Assembly (NCBI GenBank): GCA_002811645.1 | Contig: PDIP01000105.1 | Location: 1 to 64,000 of the forward strand | DNA from: Corallochytrium limacisporum Hawaii | Taxonomy: Eukaryota; Protista; Pluriformea | DNA length: 64,000 nucleotides | Direction of reading: 5' to 3' | Shown here: piece after piece, positions 33,563 through 45,660 of the stretch | Numbering within the stretch: the stretch's first letter is position 1 | Layout of the letters: each line of letters opens with the position of its first letter | Notes under the pieces: model-generated | What the model saw: only the letters and a program-made list of their open reading frames with translations | What the model was told of the DNA's origin: nothing | The model's database searches: none | Program-made: the position numbers and the translations under genes

Positions 33563-36049
33563 CCCCCCCTTGCCGACTAAAACCTTAAAATCGCAGGGAT
33601 GCCTGGGTCACCGGCCCTGCCTGAACTTAAGCCAGAAACACAAGAAAATGTTGGTAACGGAGAATCGACCACTCTCAGTGCTCCTTAAGGCCCCTCGCAC
33701 CATTCCTTGTCCAAGTACAACACTCTAAAGACCCCTTTTTCTCTTTTTTTTGCTCACGAGTATATATGGTCAGGAAAAGGCCCAAAAGCCCAAAACACAC
33801 CACTGTGGGGCTAGAGCGAGAGAGAAGGCGGGGATGAGGTTTTTCTATGGTGGGACTTGCAGCATGCGGCACAGTGTGAAAAAAAAGGGGATTTTTCGTC
33901 ACCGAGCCCGTAAAAACAATCACGAAGAACCTAATTTTTCTTACCTGTGTTTTTGTTGCAAAGTTTTCATCACTTGGCCCTTCGAGCTTCGAGTCAGCGG
34001 CGCGCTCTGTGCCACCACAGAAGAAAGATAATGCTAATATAGGATCTATGGAACGGATAGTGCAAAGAAATGAAGGTCCCGGAGATGGTGATGGTGTTGT
34101 TGCTGTTTGCTTGCCCTGGGCTCGGCAAGGCCCGTACACTAGGCCCCCCCGGGGGGGNNNNNNNNNNNNNNNNNNNNNNNNNNNNNNNNNNNNNNNNNNN
34201 NNNNNNNNNNNNNNNNNNNNNNNNNNNNNNNNNNNNNNNNNNNNNNNNNNNNNNNNNNNNNNNNNNNNNNNNNNNNNNNNNNNNNNNNNNNNNNNNNNNN
34301 NNNNNNNNNNNNNNNNNNNNNNNNNNNNNNNNNNNNNNNNNNNNNNNNNNNNNNNNGGGGGGGGGGGGGGGCGCAACGGAAGGAGCGGTCTCGGGTGGTG
34401 CTTTTAGTTTCCAGGATCCAAAGGCAAGGAGAGAGAAGGGGAGAGGGAAAAAATGAAAAAGGGGGGGGGGGGTTTTGGGTTAACCGTAGATACCGGGAAG
34501 GTCTGCACGTGAAGAGCAAAACATAAAAGAAAAGAATGGGAAAAATGGGGGTTTTAAGTGCCCCACCAGGGTACTGAAACCGTTTGGCCTTATCACTCAA
34601 AAAAAGTCTTGCAGCAAAAATGCTTCCCCTCTCCCTCCCCCTCTTCACCCTTTCTTTCCTGTCTCCCCCCTCCCCACTTTTGGTCTGGCAGCAGTAGCAG
34701 ACGAAGAAGAAGAAAAAAAAGAAAAAAAATCAAAAGGACAAGAATGCGAGCAACCTTGTCAGGAAAAGTCAAAGAGGCTTGGGGTAGTAGTAGATTCCGG
34801 AGAGTGAATGGCGCTTATAGTGAGCATGTGCATGCAATACGGCAGTGTGGCAAATGATTGTCACGGACCCCGTTCGCGGCCCCCCCCCGGGGGCATAATA
34901 GCACCAAATTCTTTCTTTGGTTTTCAAAAGTTTTTATCACTTCTCCGGCTCAAGGTCGCGCGGTGGTGGCCAAGAACGATAAGGAATAGTTCTATGTAAA
35001 ATAAATAGTGAAAGGAAGAAAAAAAACAACGAAATTGCGCGATGGTGTATTGGCTTCTTTGCTGGACTTGGTTGGCCGCTCCTCTGTGCCTGGTGCTTGG
35101 GTACGGAAGGAGCGGTCGGCTCACATTGATCGCGAAAATCCGAGGAAAGGGCGAGGTAGCGAGGGGTTTATCCCAGGGAGAGGGGGGGGTAACCGAGAAG
35201 CAAGTGCTGCTGGTGGTGGTTGGTGGGGGAACAGAAACTGCTTGGTCTATACACAACCTTCGACACAGTATTTTCACCTCCCGACGCCTGTTTCGAAGGG
35301 AGAAAAAAAAAAAAAGAGAGAGGAGACAGGGAAAGCAAGGACCGGGAAAAAAGGTTCACATGGACGCCCTACCGAAAGCATAGTTAAATCAAAAAGGGAA
35401 GGACGACGATGAAAAAGTGAGAGTGCCAGAGAGGGAGAGTGAGTGCGTGAGGTGGGGTCCCCTTTCCTCCCCCCCTTCCCCACTCCCTCACCCGGGGGCT
35501 CCCCCCTTCCGCAAAGCACACACCACTCCACGCAGAAGACCGCCGCGGCGGAAGACAAGGAAACCGCTCAAGAGTGTCCATATTTTCCAGTTGATTGTAC
35601 ACCACAGCCCTCGATTGTGTAACCGCCCCGGTAGCAGTTGTCTCGGGAGATGTGTGGATGTGTGTGTGTGTGTGTGCGTATGAGGCCGCAAAACACGGAC
35701 ATTTTGCCACGAATTTACAACCGCACCGGGGGGGGGGACCCAGGAGGGCAGAGGAGGAGGGGAAGAGACAAAGTATGGTATGCAAAGCAACTAAAAAGTT
35801 TTTTAACACTTTTTTCGGGTAGCTCTCGTCCCGGTACTGCTGTGGTACGCTGTGGTACCACGGGTGTTTCAGTTTGGAGGAGAGGGGATCGGAGATCAAA
35901 ACGGAGGAGTTGTCCCTCGATTAAGGCAGGCCCGAGCCTCCAATGGCCCTAGGTACACCGTCGAGACGACACTCGGAGCGGGTGCACATCGTAAGTACTC
36001 ACTGACTGGGCAGTACACGTCAGCATAGATAAAGAGAAACACACCACGG

Positions 36050-36410
36050 TACTACACATCGGTACCATGTGCTACTCCTTTCGTCTTTCACAGTTCGTGC
36101 GGTGGATGTACAACGCTTATCGCATTGATGACAGATAATGTGTACTGGGTAGAAAGTAGATACATCAACGTCACTGCTGGTGCTATTACTTCCAAGGGCG
36201 CTCAGCAAAATGGCATGCCCACTGTGCATATTCAGATTCATCAGGAAGAGATGTACGCAAAACAGTGGTATACTCCCTTTCCTGGCGCCGGAGATCCTGG
36301 CTCTACACGCATTCATCCACGGGATCATCTCCATGGACCCGCTGGCGTTACTCCACCACGAATCGCAACCAAACCCACTGCTTGAGACGGTCAAGGTCGG
36401 GGTCACAGCG
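36050..36410 (+). pseudogene. Frameshifted relic of the 30573-31109 membrane protein gene
   Basis: SKGAQQNGMPTVHIQIHQEE aligns with DKARTSGMSISQVSNYQED; after a frameshift GILPFLAPEILALHAFIHGIISM...ESQP...ETVKVG aligns with GTLFLAPAIAALLTFIYGMIFM...EFQP...EKVKTG. Same convergent position relative to BVMO copy 2. The 5' boundary is uncertain. Confidence 0.7.
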
Positions 36411-36549
36411 CAAATGTCGTCCACGCTGAACACCTCCAGTGGCCTTATGGTACAGATTTCTCCTTGACATGTTTGACTTTTTATATATTAAGAGATTACA
36501 TGTTCTACAAACTATATGTCCTGCCGCTATTTGCCTGTCGAGCTAGGCC

Positions 36550-38031
36550 TTAGGCAAAGATGAAGTTGTTGTAGATGGGCCAACTTGTCTTCCGCCAGTA
36601 CCGATACGTCGTGCTGGTCCAATTATTGGTGACAATACCGTGCTCATTCTTGTACCATGACGAGCATCCGCCAGCAGCCCAGACCGTGTCCTTGAGCATT
36701 TCCTGGACCTGTGTGTTATACTCGTCGTAGACACCTTGTTTGACGTCCATGCTGGCCTTGCCGTCATTCTGTAGCTTCTTGAGACACTGCATGATGTAAT
36801 TGCACTGGCACTCGACCATGAAAATGATTGAGTTGGACCCGAGGTTCGTGTTCGGCCCGTAGCATATGAAGAAGTTCGGGAAACCAGAGACGGTCAAGCC
36901 GAGGTAGGCCTGGGCACCCTTCTGCCACATTGCAGAGAGTTCGACGCCGTTTTTGCCGTATACCTTCATTGGAGTCAGGAATCGTGTGGTCTGGAAGCCA
37001 GTGGCAAAAATAAGGCAGTCAAAGTCCATTTCAGTGCCATCCTTGAGCCTCACACCGGTCTCCGTCAGCGCCGCAATGTGGCGATCCTCTATGCCGCAGT
37101 TGGGGCGCTGGACGGCGGGGAAGTAATCATCTGTGATCAGAACACGCTTGCATCCGGGTGAGTAGTCGGGAGTCAGCTTCTTCTGCAGCTTCTCGTCCTT
37201 GACGGCCCACTTACGCTCCAGATTGAACACCCACTTGACAATTTTATGCAGTAGAGAACCCTCAATCAAAGCATGGAACATAAACTCTCCGAACAGCCAT
37301 GTACGGTAGCGGTAAAACTTCATGGCACCCGGCACGTAACGGAAGATCATCTTTTCAATCCAAGAGAATGGACGGTCACCCTTAGCGGTGATCCACATGG
37401 CAGACCGCTGGAAGACGGTTAGATGTTTCGCAACCTTGGCAACTTCTGGGACCAACTGCACAGCAGACGCGCCGTTTCCGACGCAGGCAACAACTTTGCC
37501 CTCGAGACCGTACTGCTTGTCCCAGCGGGCCGAGTGCATAATCTTGCCCTTGAATTTCTCAAAGCCAGGAAGATTGGGGTAGGAGGGCTGATTTAGCTGG
37601 CCAACACCAGAGATAACGACATCAAAATGGAAAACATCGCCGTCCTTTGTCATGACTTTCCACTGCTGGCGGTCCTCTAGCCACTGCATCTTTTCCACTT
37701 CAGTGTTGAAGCGGGCGTGTTCGTAGAGCCCATACTTACGCGCAGTGGCCTCAAAGTAGGCGAGGATTTCAGGTTGGGGGGCCCAGAAACGGCTCCAGTA
37801 GGGGTTAAGGTTAAAACTGAAGGAGTATAGATGGCTTGGCACATCACAGGCAGCACCAGGGTAGCAGTTATCGCGCCAGGTGCCTCCGAAACCATTGCTC
37901 TTTTCGAAGATTGTAAAGAGATCGTTGCCCAACTTGTGCTTGAGGTGGTGCCCAGCCACAATGCCGGAGACACCGGCACCAATGATTAAGATACTCTTTT
38001 TGCGGTACGGGTCCACGTTCAGACCCGTCAT
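36550..38031 (-). CDS. Baeyer-Villiger/flavin-containing monooxygenase, copy 2
   Basis: GAGVSG, GGTWRDNCYPG, FKGKIMHSARW fingerprint, GNGASA. ATG at 38031 (MTGLN) matches the start of copy 1. Confidence 0.92.
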   Translation of the reverse strand: MTGLNVDPYRKKSILIIGAGVSGIVAGHHLKHKLGNDLFTIFEKSNGFGGTWRDNCYPGAACDVPSHLYSFSFNLNPYWSRFWAPQPEILAYFEATARKYGLYEHARFNTEVEKMQWLEDRQQWKVMTKDGDVFHFDVVISGVGQLNQPSYPNLPGFEKFKGKIMHSARWDKQYGLEGKVVACVGNGASAVQLVPEVAKVAKHLTVFQRSAMWITAKGDRPFSWIEKMIFRYVPGAMKFYRYRTWLFGEFMFHALIEGSLLHKIVKWVFNLERKWAVKDEKLQKKLTPDYSPGCKRVLITDDYFPAVQRPNCGIEDRHIAALTETGVRLKDGTEMDFDCLIFATGFQTTRFLTPMKVYGKNGVELSAMWQKGAQAYLGLTVSGFPNFFICYGPNTNLGSNSIIFMVECQCNYIMQCLKKLQNDGKASMDVKQGVYDEYNTQVQEMLKDTVWAAGGCSSWYKNEHGIVTNNWTSTTYRYWRKTSWPIYNNFIFA

Positions 38032-41000
38032 CGTGGTTGCGTGAGTCAACGGCTGAACAGTGATTGACCTTCGCTGGCGATCTCCAGCAATTATTCTCGT
38101 CGCTATTGCGCACTACGCAGACACCCACGATTGAAATTTGCGTCCAATGACTCTTGTACCTTTTGTCCCCATAGGCGAAACATCAGTCACGGGTGGATGT
38201 ACCGTGACAAGCTTTCACCGAATATGGAACTAACGACTACCCCTTTGATATGATTGCTGGGACTGGCATCAATGCGTCCTAATCGTGCTTTGCCACACCC
38301 GTTGATACACATACGCCGGTGCCCTTCTTTATTTCCGCATATTCGGCCCATGTTTCTGTGTCCACATACAAGACATGTAAAGACATGATGAAAGAAACAG
38401 GACAGTTGGGCGGACGCGCATGCAAGACGAAGAGGCATCATCACTCAAGCCCTTACTCATCCTGTCCTTGTCATCCTCCCCACCTCAACTCAACCACACA
38501 TACACATATTACCTCCCGTGGCTTCTTTTTGCCGGTTTCCTCGGTATACACCCAGGACAGGACGCACCGAGACACACTCAACTCAGATATGGCGACTGAA
38601 ACCCACACATCCGAATGATTCTGCCACCCGTTCCTCTTCTGCCGCGGTGTCCGAAGGAAGATAAGCTGCGCAGAATCCGAAGGTGTCTGCGTGTCAGTAG
38701 ATCCGCGCGTACCCCGTTCTGCACTCTCCGCCGCCTGTTTGTTTCTGTCAACCGTGCAACGAACAATCATTCGCCCGGGGCATTTACGATATTTTTTTTT
38801 GGTTCGAAAGCTCTTTCCAACACACCCCACCGTCTGCGGGCCCCCTCGTCCCCGCGGGGCGGGAAACACGTTTACGAGAGAGTACGAGAACGGGGGCCAC
38901 GGAAGGCAGCGTAATATATATATATACATACATACACACACGCACAGAGGCGGCGGCGTGTGTGGTGTATGCGCGTAAAATCAGCGGGTGTGCTGATCGC
39001 CTCCGGCTCGCCTCCCGGATGGTCAGCCGACAACGCCGTCCCCGGCCCATCCCCCCCACCCCCTCNNNNNNNNNNNNNNNNNNNNNNNNNNNNNNNNNNN
39101 NNNNNNNNNNNNNNNNNNNNNNNNNNNNNNNNNNNNNNNNNNNNNNNNNNNNNNNNNNNNNNNNNNNNNNNNNNNNNNNNNNNNNNNNNNNNNNNNNNNN
39201 NNNNNNNNNNNNNNNNNNNNNNNNNNNNNNNNNNNNNNNNNNNNNNNNNNNNNNNNNNNNNNNNNNNNNNNNNNNNNNNNNNNNNNNNNNNNNNNNNNNN
39301 NNNNNNNNNNNNNNNNNNNNNNNNNNNNNNNNNNNNNNNNNNNNNNNNNNNNNNNNNNNNNNNNNNNNNNNNNNNNNNNNNNNNNNNNNNNNNNNNNNNN
39401 NNNNNNNNNNNNNNNNNNNNNNNNNNNNNNNNNNNNNNNNNNNNNNNNNNNNNNNNNNNNNNNNNNNNNNNNNNNNNNNNNNNNNNNNNNNNNNNNNNNN
39501 NNNNNNNNNNNNNNNNNNNNNNNNNNNNNNNNNNNNNNNNNNNNNNNNNNNNNNNNNNNNNNNNNNNNNNNNNNNNNNNNNNNNNNNNNNNNNNNNNNNN
39601 NNNNNNNNNNNNNNNNNNNNNNNNNNNNNNNNNNNNNNNNNNNNNNNNNNNNNNNNNNNNNNNNNGGGGGGGAGGGGGGAAGGGGGGCGGGAACAGTTGG
39701 CTTTGTCAGGAGGGTGTACACGCCCCAGTTGCCGGCAAGTGTAATCCCTACGCGGTGTGCCACTCCCCGTATTATATTAGACCTGGAATTTCCGCAAAGG
39801 CTCTTGACGTGCCGAGTGTGACCTGAGAGGTTCACGGTGTAGACAGCATATTGCGCCAGCAGACGATCGATTTTAGCGAAATTGGCAAAGTAGGGTCCAG
39901 GTAGAACCACTGGCCGTCTCTCGGGTTTCCCTGTGCCTGCGCCTGCACTTGCTGCTTTCCCTTATTGTTCAAAGTGCTGGAGGGCCTCCGTTGTGGTGCT
40001 GGGATTGACCGAGGCGAACATGCACACCTCGGTGGCTGTCGAGGGCGGCGGGTGGTGTGCTTCGTTATTTATCTCTGCGGTTCTCAATGATTATATATAA
40101 TGTTGCCGTGATAAACACGGTGGTAGGGCAAATGTAGCGATCGAGACAGGAACAATCAGCCCAGCCCATCCATCGGATTCTGTCCCCTTTTTCTTCAGCC
40201 TCACCGGCAACCTTCCGGTATGTTTTCTACCGCAGTGCCTCACCTTTGACCAGGCGACCTCACGCGAGCTTCGGTCCCTGACTCCCACTGTCCCGCCGGT
40301 GGCTTTTACCGTAGTGTCACGGCGTCGGACCTTGGCGTATTTAAACTGACACTGGTGCCCCCCCCCTATGTTTTCTCTGCGCACGATAGCTAACAATGAT
40401 AACCAAAAACCTTCTCTTCGCATAGTCCAACGACGAGATGAAAATAAAACCAACAACGTACCACCGTAGAACTTAGGCCCAAGACAAATATAAGAAAGAA
40501 AAAAAAGGAAAAATGAAAAAATAGGGCAAAAAAAAGAGTCCGAACATCGAAGCCACGGGAGTGTGTGAAAATGAAAGCGCCCCAAGCGGCTGTTGTGCTG
40601 GAGAATTCTTGTCAATATACCTTAGACAACAGCCCTGGACTAAGCGATAGCATTCGCTTTCACACAGATTTATGATGCCCTCGATGTCTTGCTGTCCCAG
40701 TCAGTGACCGCCACGGTGTCTCGAATGAATCAAGCGAATTAGCAAGGGAGCCCAATGATCAAAGTTACGTTTCCACCATTTCGAAATAACGTATTCGCTC
40801 GGCATCTGCACGATGAAAGCAGAGATAGCATACAAATCGGAGATGTGTTGGTGTCGATGACTGTTGGATGTTCCTAGGAAGCTAATTCCATACGAACTGC
40901 ATTGGTAGTGTGCACCACGCCTATTTTGCCGCGGCAACACGGGACTGGGAGCGGGAGATCTAGCAAGGCTGGGAGAAGGCAGAATGGCTTCACTATTATC

Positions 41001-41657
41001 GGATCCGCACCGTTTGGGTGGTAGCCGCAACCCGCTGCTGTTTGTGAGTGTCACCGGTCTCGTTGGACCCGCCCCGCTGACCAGCAAATGGCGAGCAAGG
41101 GACCGGGCCTATTTTTAGCCGCATCCAAGACTCTACCCTGTCACACTCGAACGGTGCATGTCTGCGTCACTCCATCGCATTCGAGAGGCGACATGCTCGA
41201 AAGGGTGAAGAAGGGAAAACAGCGAAGGGGGGAATGATGATTACTAAGATTCTCATATATTTCGGGATATGAAATATTGGTCAAGTCTTTGGAGAGATTC
41301 TGGGCACGGGCCGGGGAGTGGTTTTATTTTTAGCCGTGTTCGGTGCTCCTCCTCGGCCCCCCGCCCCATCGCCCACCGTTTTCGTTTCCTGCTTCCTTGC
41401 GCGGAGGAGCGGCAGGTGCCGGACGTGTACGCAATCTATCACAGGTGCCCTCGAGGTTTGAGGTCAGGAACTGTGTTTTTGGAGATCGTTTGTTGCCAGT
41501 GTTGTTGCTATTGTTGTCATCCTCTTTTATGTACCTTACACAGGTACTTGTGCAAACGTAGGCAACCCTGAATGTCGCCGTATCCCAGCAAGATCTGAGT
41601 TCTTGTGTGGCAGGTATAGCTGGGCTGAAATACCACGGAGCAACGAGTAACATAGAC

Positions 41658-42566
41658 ATGTCTTCAACGAAGGATAACCCTGCAGGTCGCCCAGGCGAAC
41701 GCCTGTCTCGCATGGTGCAGCAATTGGATCCGGACCAAATCGACGCCACTAAGATGAGTCGTAGCCTCAAGGGTCGCTGTGCCTTTGTAACCGGAGCTGC
41801 ATCTGGGATGGGCCGGGCCACTGCGCAGGCATTGGCTGAGCAAGGCGTGCGAGTCGCCATCACGGACATCAACGAGGACGGTTTGAAGGAAACTGCAGAG
41901 TTTATCAATACCAAGATCCCCGGAGGGTTCGCGAAGTGGCGGGTATTGGATGTCGCCGATGAGAAGGCCATTCAAGAAGCTGCACGTTGGGCCAACACTG
42001 CCGTCGGGCCCATCACGATCCTCATCAACAACGCCGGCATCACGGGCATGTCTTCCATTGAGGACACAGAACAATTCAGCTATCAAATGGACCGCAACTA
42101 TGCCATTAACGTAAAGGCGCAAGGTTTGTTGGTCAGTGCCTTCCTTCCGGAACTTCGGGCCAGTGGTGGCCTTGGACGGGTGGTCAACATTGCGAGCACT
42201 GAGGGCATTGGTGGCACTCTGAACAATTCGCCCTACACTGCCATGAAGCACGCCAGTGTTGGTCTGACCAAGGGTCTGGCCATAGAATTGGGATCCCAGG
42301 GCATCACAGTCAATGCCATCTGCCCCGGACCGATCCGCACCGGCATGACGTCGGTGATTCCGGACAAGGCCAAAGACATGTTTGCCACACGCCTGGTTCC
42401 ATTGCGGCGCTACGGCTTCCCTGAAGAAGTCGCCCAGGTAATTGTCAGTGTTTGTTTGCCTTCATCATCTTATCTAAACGGTGCCATCATCCCTGTGGAC
42501 GGTGGTATTCTAGTTAACAATGCCCTGCTCCCTCGCAAACTGCCCTGGGAACTTGATGACAAGTAG
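41658..42566 (+). CDS. Classical short-chain dehydrogenase/reductase (SDR)
   Basis: TGAASGMG, NNAG, NIAS, catalytic YTAMK, VNAICPG, IPVDGG; first ATG at 41658. Confidence 0.9.
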   Translation: MSSTKDNPAGRPGERLSRMVQQLDPDQIDATKMSRSLKGRCAFVTGAASGMGRATAQALAEQGVRVAITDINEDGLKETAEFINTKIPGGFAKWRVLDVADEKAIQEAARWANTAVGPITILINNAGITGMSSIEDTEQFSYQMDRNYAINVKAQGLLVSAFLPELRASGGLGRVVNIASTEGIGGTLNNSPYTAMKHASVGLTKGLAIELGSQGITVNAICPGPIRTGMTSVIPDKAKDMFATRLVPLRRYGFPEEVAQVIVSVCLPSSSYLNGAIIPVDGGILVNNALLPRKLPWELDDK

Positions 42567-42718
42567 ATGGCGGGGCACTACAACAATTTGACGCTTTGTT
42601 TTTACAATTTAGAATACGTGTAGCTATCTATAGTGTTGACAACTAAATTATTGCCTTCTATGATTATGGTACTGTTAGATATTAATGTGATTAGAAACCT
42701 TTGTCAGCCGTGATCATC

Positions 42719-43753
42719 TTATAGGGACACTTCAGTAACGAAATCCGTGCACATTTTCATGTACTCAGGGGTATGCTTCAGCATGTGCAACACGTGCGGA
42801 CTGTCTTCATATAACTTTGATGACACCTTGGAACCGCGATTTACCTTAACATGTTCCATGTAGCGTTCTACTGATGCCTCCGAGATGAGAACGTCCTTGC
42901 TTGAGTAGATGAAGTGCATGCGCGTGCCAAGCGGAGTGTGCTTTATGGGAGCACAACGCTCCCAGCTTACGTCCGCCATGCCTTTGCCGGCAAAGTACGG
43001 ATCTGCCAGACCCAAATAGGCCAGACCAGCACGCAGGGTGATGCCCCAGAATATGGTCAATCCAAGCCACGGTGTGTAGATTGGATGGAAGTGCTTGCCA
43101 TTCGCGATCGACGGCATGGTAGGAATCGTGAATATCATGCTCATGCGTAGATTTTGGTATAGAACTGAAGCCTTTGGTGGTGTCCAGGGCACTGTAGGAG
43201 CAGAATCAATGATCATACCTCCAAGAACCTTGCTGTGGTCCTTGAAGAGCAGCTGATGCTCCGGCTTGGAATCCTTGCGGTCGCAGAAATATTGCTGGAA
43301 CTGGCCCCATGTGTAGACCCCGTTGTTGCTGTAGAGATGGACCACCACCTTCGTGTTTCCCCATGCGAGGGTATCACCGTCTACGTCGCCTACGGCGGAC
43401 TCCTGCGCCACTCGTAGAGCAGCAGACATGCACTGGTCCATAGCTGCGTCAAAATGCTCGGTGTAAGTCAAGCACATGCGTCCCATGGGAGCAATGTAGC
43501 TGATCGTCACCACTCCGACATTATCTCTGTAGTGCTCCAGGACTCGCCGCAAGTGCCGTCTCTTCGCACCACCCCATCCGAACAAGATTACTACAGTGTT
43601 CTTCTTGCGTTCCTTAGGCTCTGTGATCACCACTGTGTTGTCCTCTTCAGTGGGTGCCATACGGGCATGCCAATAGGGCACACTGAAAATTGGGATGGCA
43701 GCCCCAAGAATGAGCAGTGCCCAGATACCGTAGTAGACAAATGATGAGTTCAT
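42719..43753 (-). CDS. TMEM53/DUF829 family alpha/beta-hydrolase
   Basis: VILFGWGGAK.RHL, HLYSNNG (Ser), IIDSAP, FIYSSKD (Asp), DSPHVLH (His); N-terminal TM helix. Confidence 0.85.
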   Translation of the reverse strand: MNSSFVYYGIWALLILGAAIPIFSVPYWHARMAPTEEDNTVVITEPKERKKNTVVILFGWGGAKRRHLRRVLEHYRDNVGVVTISYIAPMGRMCLTYTEHFDAAMDQCMSAALRVAQESAVGDVDGDTLAWGNTKVVVHLYSNNGVYTWGQFQQYFCDRKDSKPEHQLLFKDHSKVLGGMIIDSAPTVPWTPPKASVLYQNLRMSMIFTIPTMPSIANGKHFHPIYTPWLGLTIFWGITLRAGLAYLGLADPYFAGKGMADVSWERCAPIKHTPLGTRMHFIYSSKDVLISEASVERYMEHVKVNRGSKVSSKLYEDSPHVLHMLKHTPEYMKMCTDFVTEVSL

Positions 43754-45660
43754 CCTTCCTCCTTGTACACACTTCCTTTACTTTTTTGCATCACGGGACT
43801 TATCAAACCAAGCCATCCAATCCTTCAAATACCTCTCCAATCGAATCCTGTACGGTCCAGGTCCAGTCCAGTCCGCTCACCTGTCCGAAGACTAATCACC
43901 CCAACCCCGCACCAGACCCAATCTCCACTAAACCGGGGCCGGTTGGGCGGTTAATCTGCGTAGGTAGGCCTGACTCAGCTGATAACGCGTGAAGAAGGGA
44001 CGAAAATGGGGGAGGAGGCAAGAGGGGTTGGCTGGGGGGGGNNNNNNNNNNNNNNNNNNNNNNNNNNNNNNNNNNNNNNNNNNNNNNNNNNNNNNNNNNN
44101 NNNNNNNNNNNNNNNNNNNNNNNNNNNNNNNNNNNNNNNNNNNNNNNNNNNNNNNNNNNNNNNNNNNNNNNNNNNNNNNNNNNNNNNNNNNNNNNNNNNN
44201 NNNNNNNNNNNNNNNNNNNNNNNNNNNNNNNNNNNNNNNNNNNNNNNNNNNNNNNNNNNNNNNNNNNNNNNNNNNNNNNNNNNNNNNNNNNNNNNNNNNN
44301 NNNNNNNNNNNNNNNNNNNNNNNNNNNNNNNNNNNNNNNNNNNNNNNNNNNNNNNNNNNNNNNNNNNNNNNNNNNNNNNNNNNNNNNNNNNNNNNNNNNN
44401 NNNNNNNNNNNNNNNNNNNNNNNNNNNNNNNNNNNNNNNNNNNNNNNNNNNNNNNNNNNNNNNNNNNNNNNNNNNNNNNNNNNNNNNNNNNNNNNNNNNN
44501 NNNNNNNNNNNNNNNNNNNNNNNNNNNNNNNNNNNNNNNNNNNNNNNNNNNNNNNNNNNNNNNNNNNNNNNNNNNNNNNNNNNNNNNNNNNNNNNNNNNN
44601 NNNNTTTCTCCGGCGGGCTTCTCTCCGGGCGCGGGTCAGCTGACACGCGACCTTTACTTTTTTTTTTAACTAAGTGTGACCCAGGCACCGACCGCCGCAC
44701 ACGATCGCGGGCTGACCGGGCGACCGTCGGACTGAAACCCGGCGGTGACTTTGTGTACTACCCCACTGCTGCGCTGCTCCCAGCCCCCGCCCCCCAAGCT
44801 CTCCTCTTCTTCCTTCCCAACACGCACCCTGTTGGCCGGTTGTCTTGACCCCCCCCCCTTCCAACGCCAAGGGGTCTCCAGGCCCCCTGTCTCTTCCCAG
44901 CTGACAGGGTGCCGAGGGGGGGTGTAGAATGACCACGGTAAATCTCCTGCTGCGCAGGACATCCAAACGTTTGGAATGGTTGCTGTGGATGGGCGTGTCT
45001 GCATGAAGGAGTGCTTAAGAACAGGAGTAGGGACTGATTGATTTACTGACTAAGCAAATAGATCAGCCATGATGGCAGTTGGCAGCAGTGATGGACAGCG
45101 TGAGTGGATTCTGCGGACTCTCATTGACGTTGGCTACGATGCGTGACTGCACGAGAAGTGTTGGAGACAGACCTACGTGAGTGATCGATTGACTGGGCGG
45201 CTGACAGGCATGACTAACCATGGCAGCAGTGATGTAAGGCACAGGTGGGTACTGTGGTGCTCAACCCTCGGGCCATGGAGCGGATATGACAGGCGACCAT
45301 GATCATTTTTAAAGCAAATGCAGATTCTCACAACTCATACTATTGCTTGATTCGAGTCTTCTGTGTGTGTATTAGTGTTTGATTGAGTGTTTTTTTGTTT
45401 GGTGATTTGAAAAGAAGATGTTGCAAAGTCTTCTTGAATAATATGTTCATGACGCAAATGTGAAAGGGCGCGTGCTTCCAAATTGTTGGTACTTGGTGAT
45501 GAGTTGAATGAACATGACGCGGGGATGGAGTGACGAAGAGCAGGAGAAAAGCAGAGCGTTCGCCATGAAACACGCACCGAAAAGGTTATCCTTCGAACAC
45601 ACACTGGGTGGAGAAACGACATCCATTAGAGCACCATGACGCAAAGGCTACAGTCTTCTT

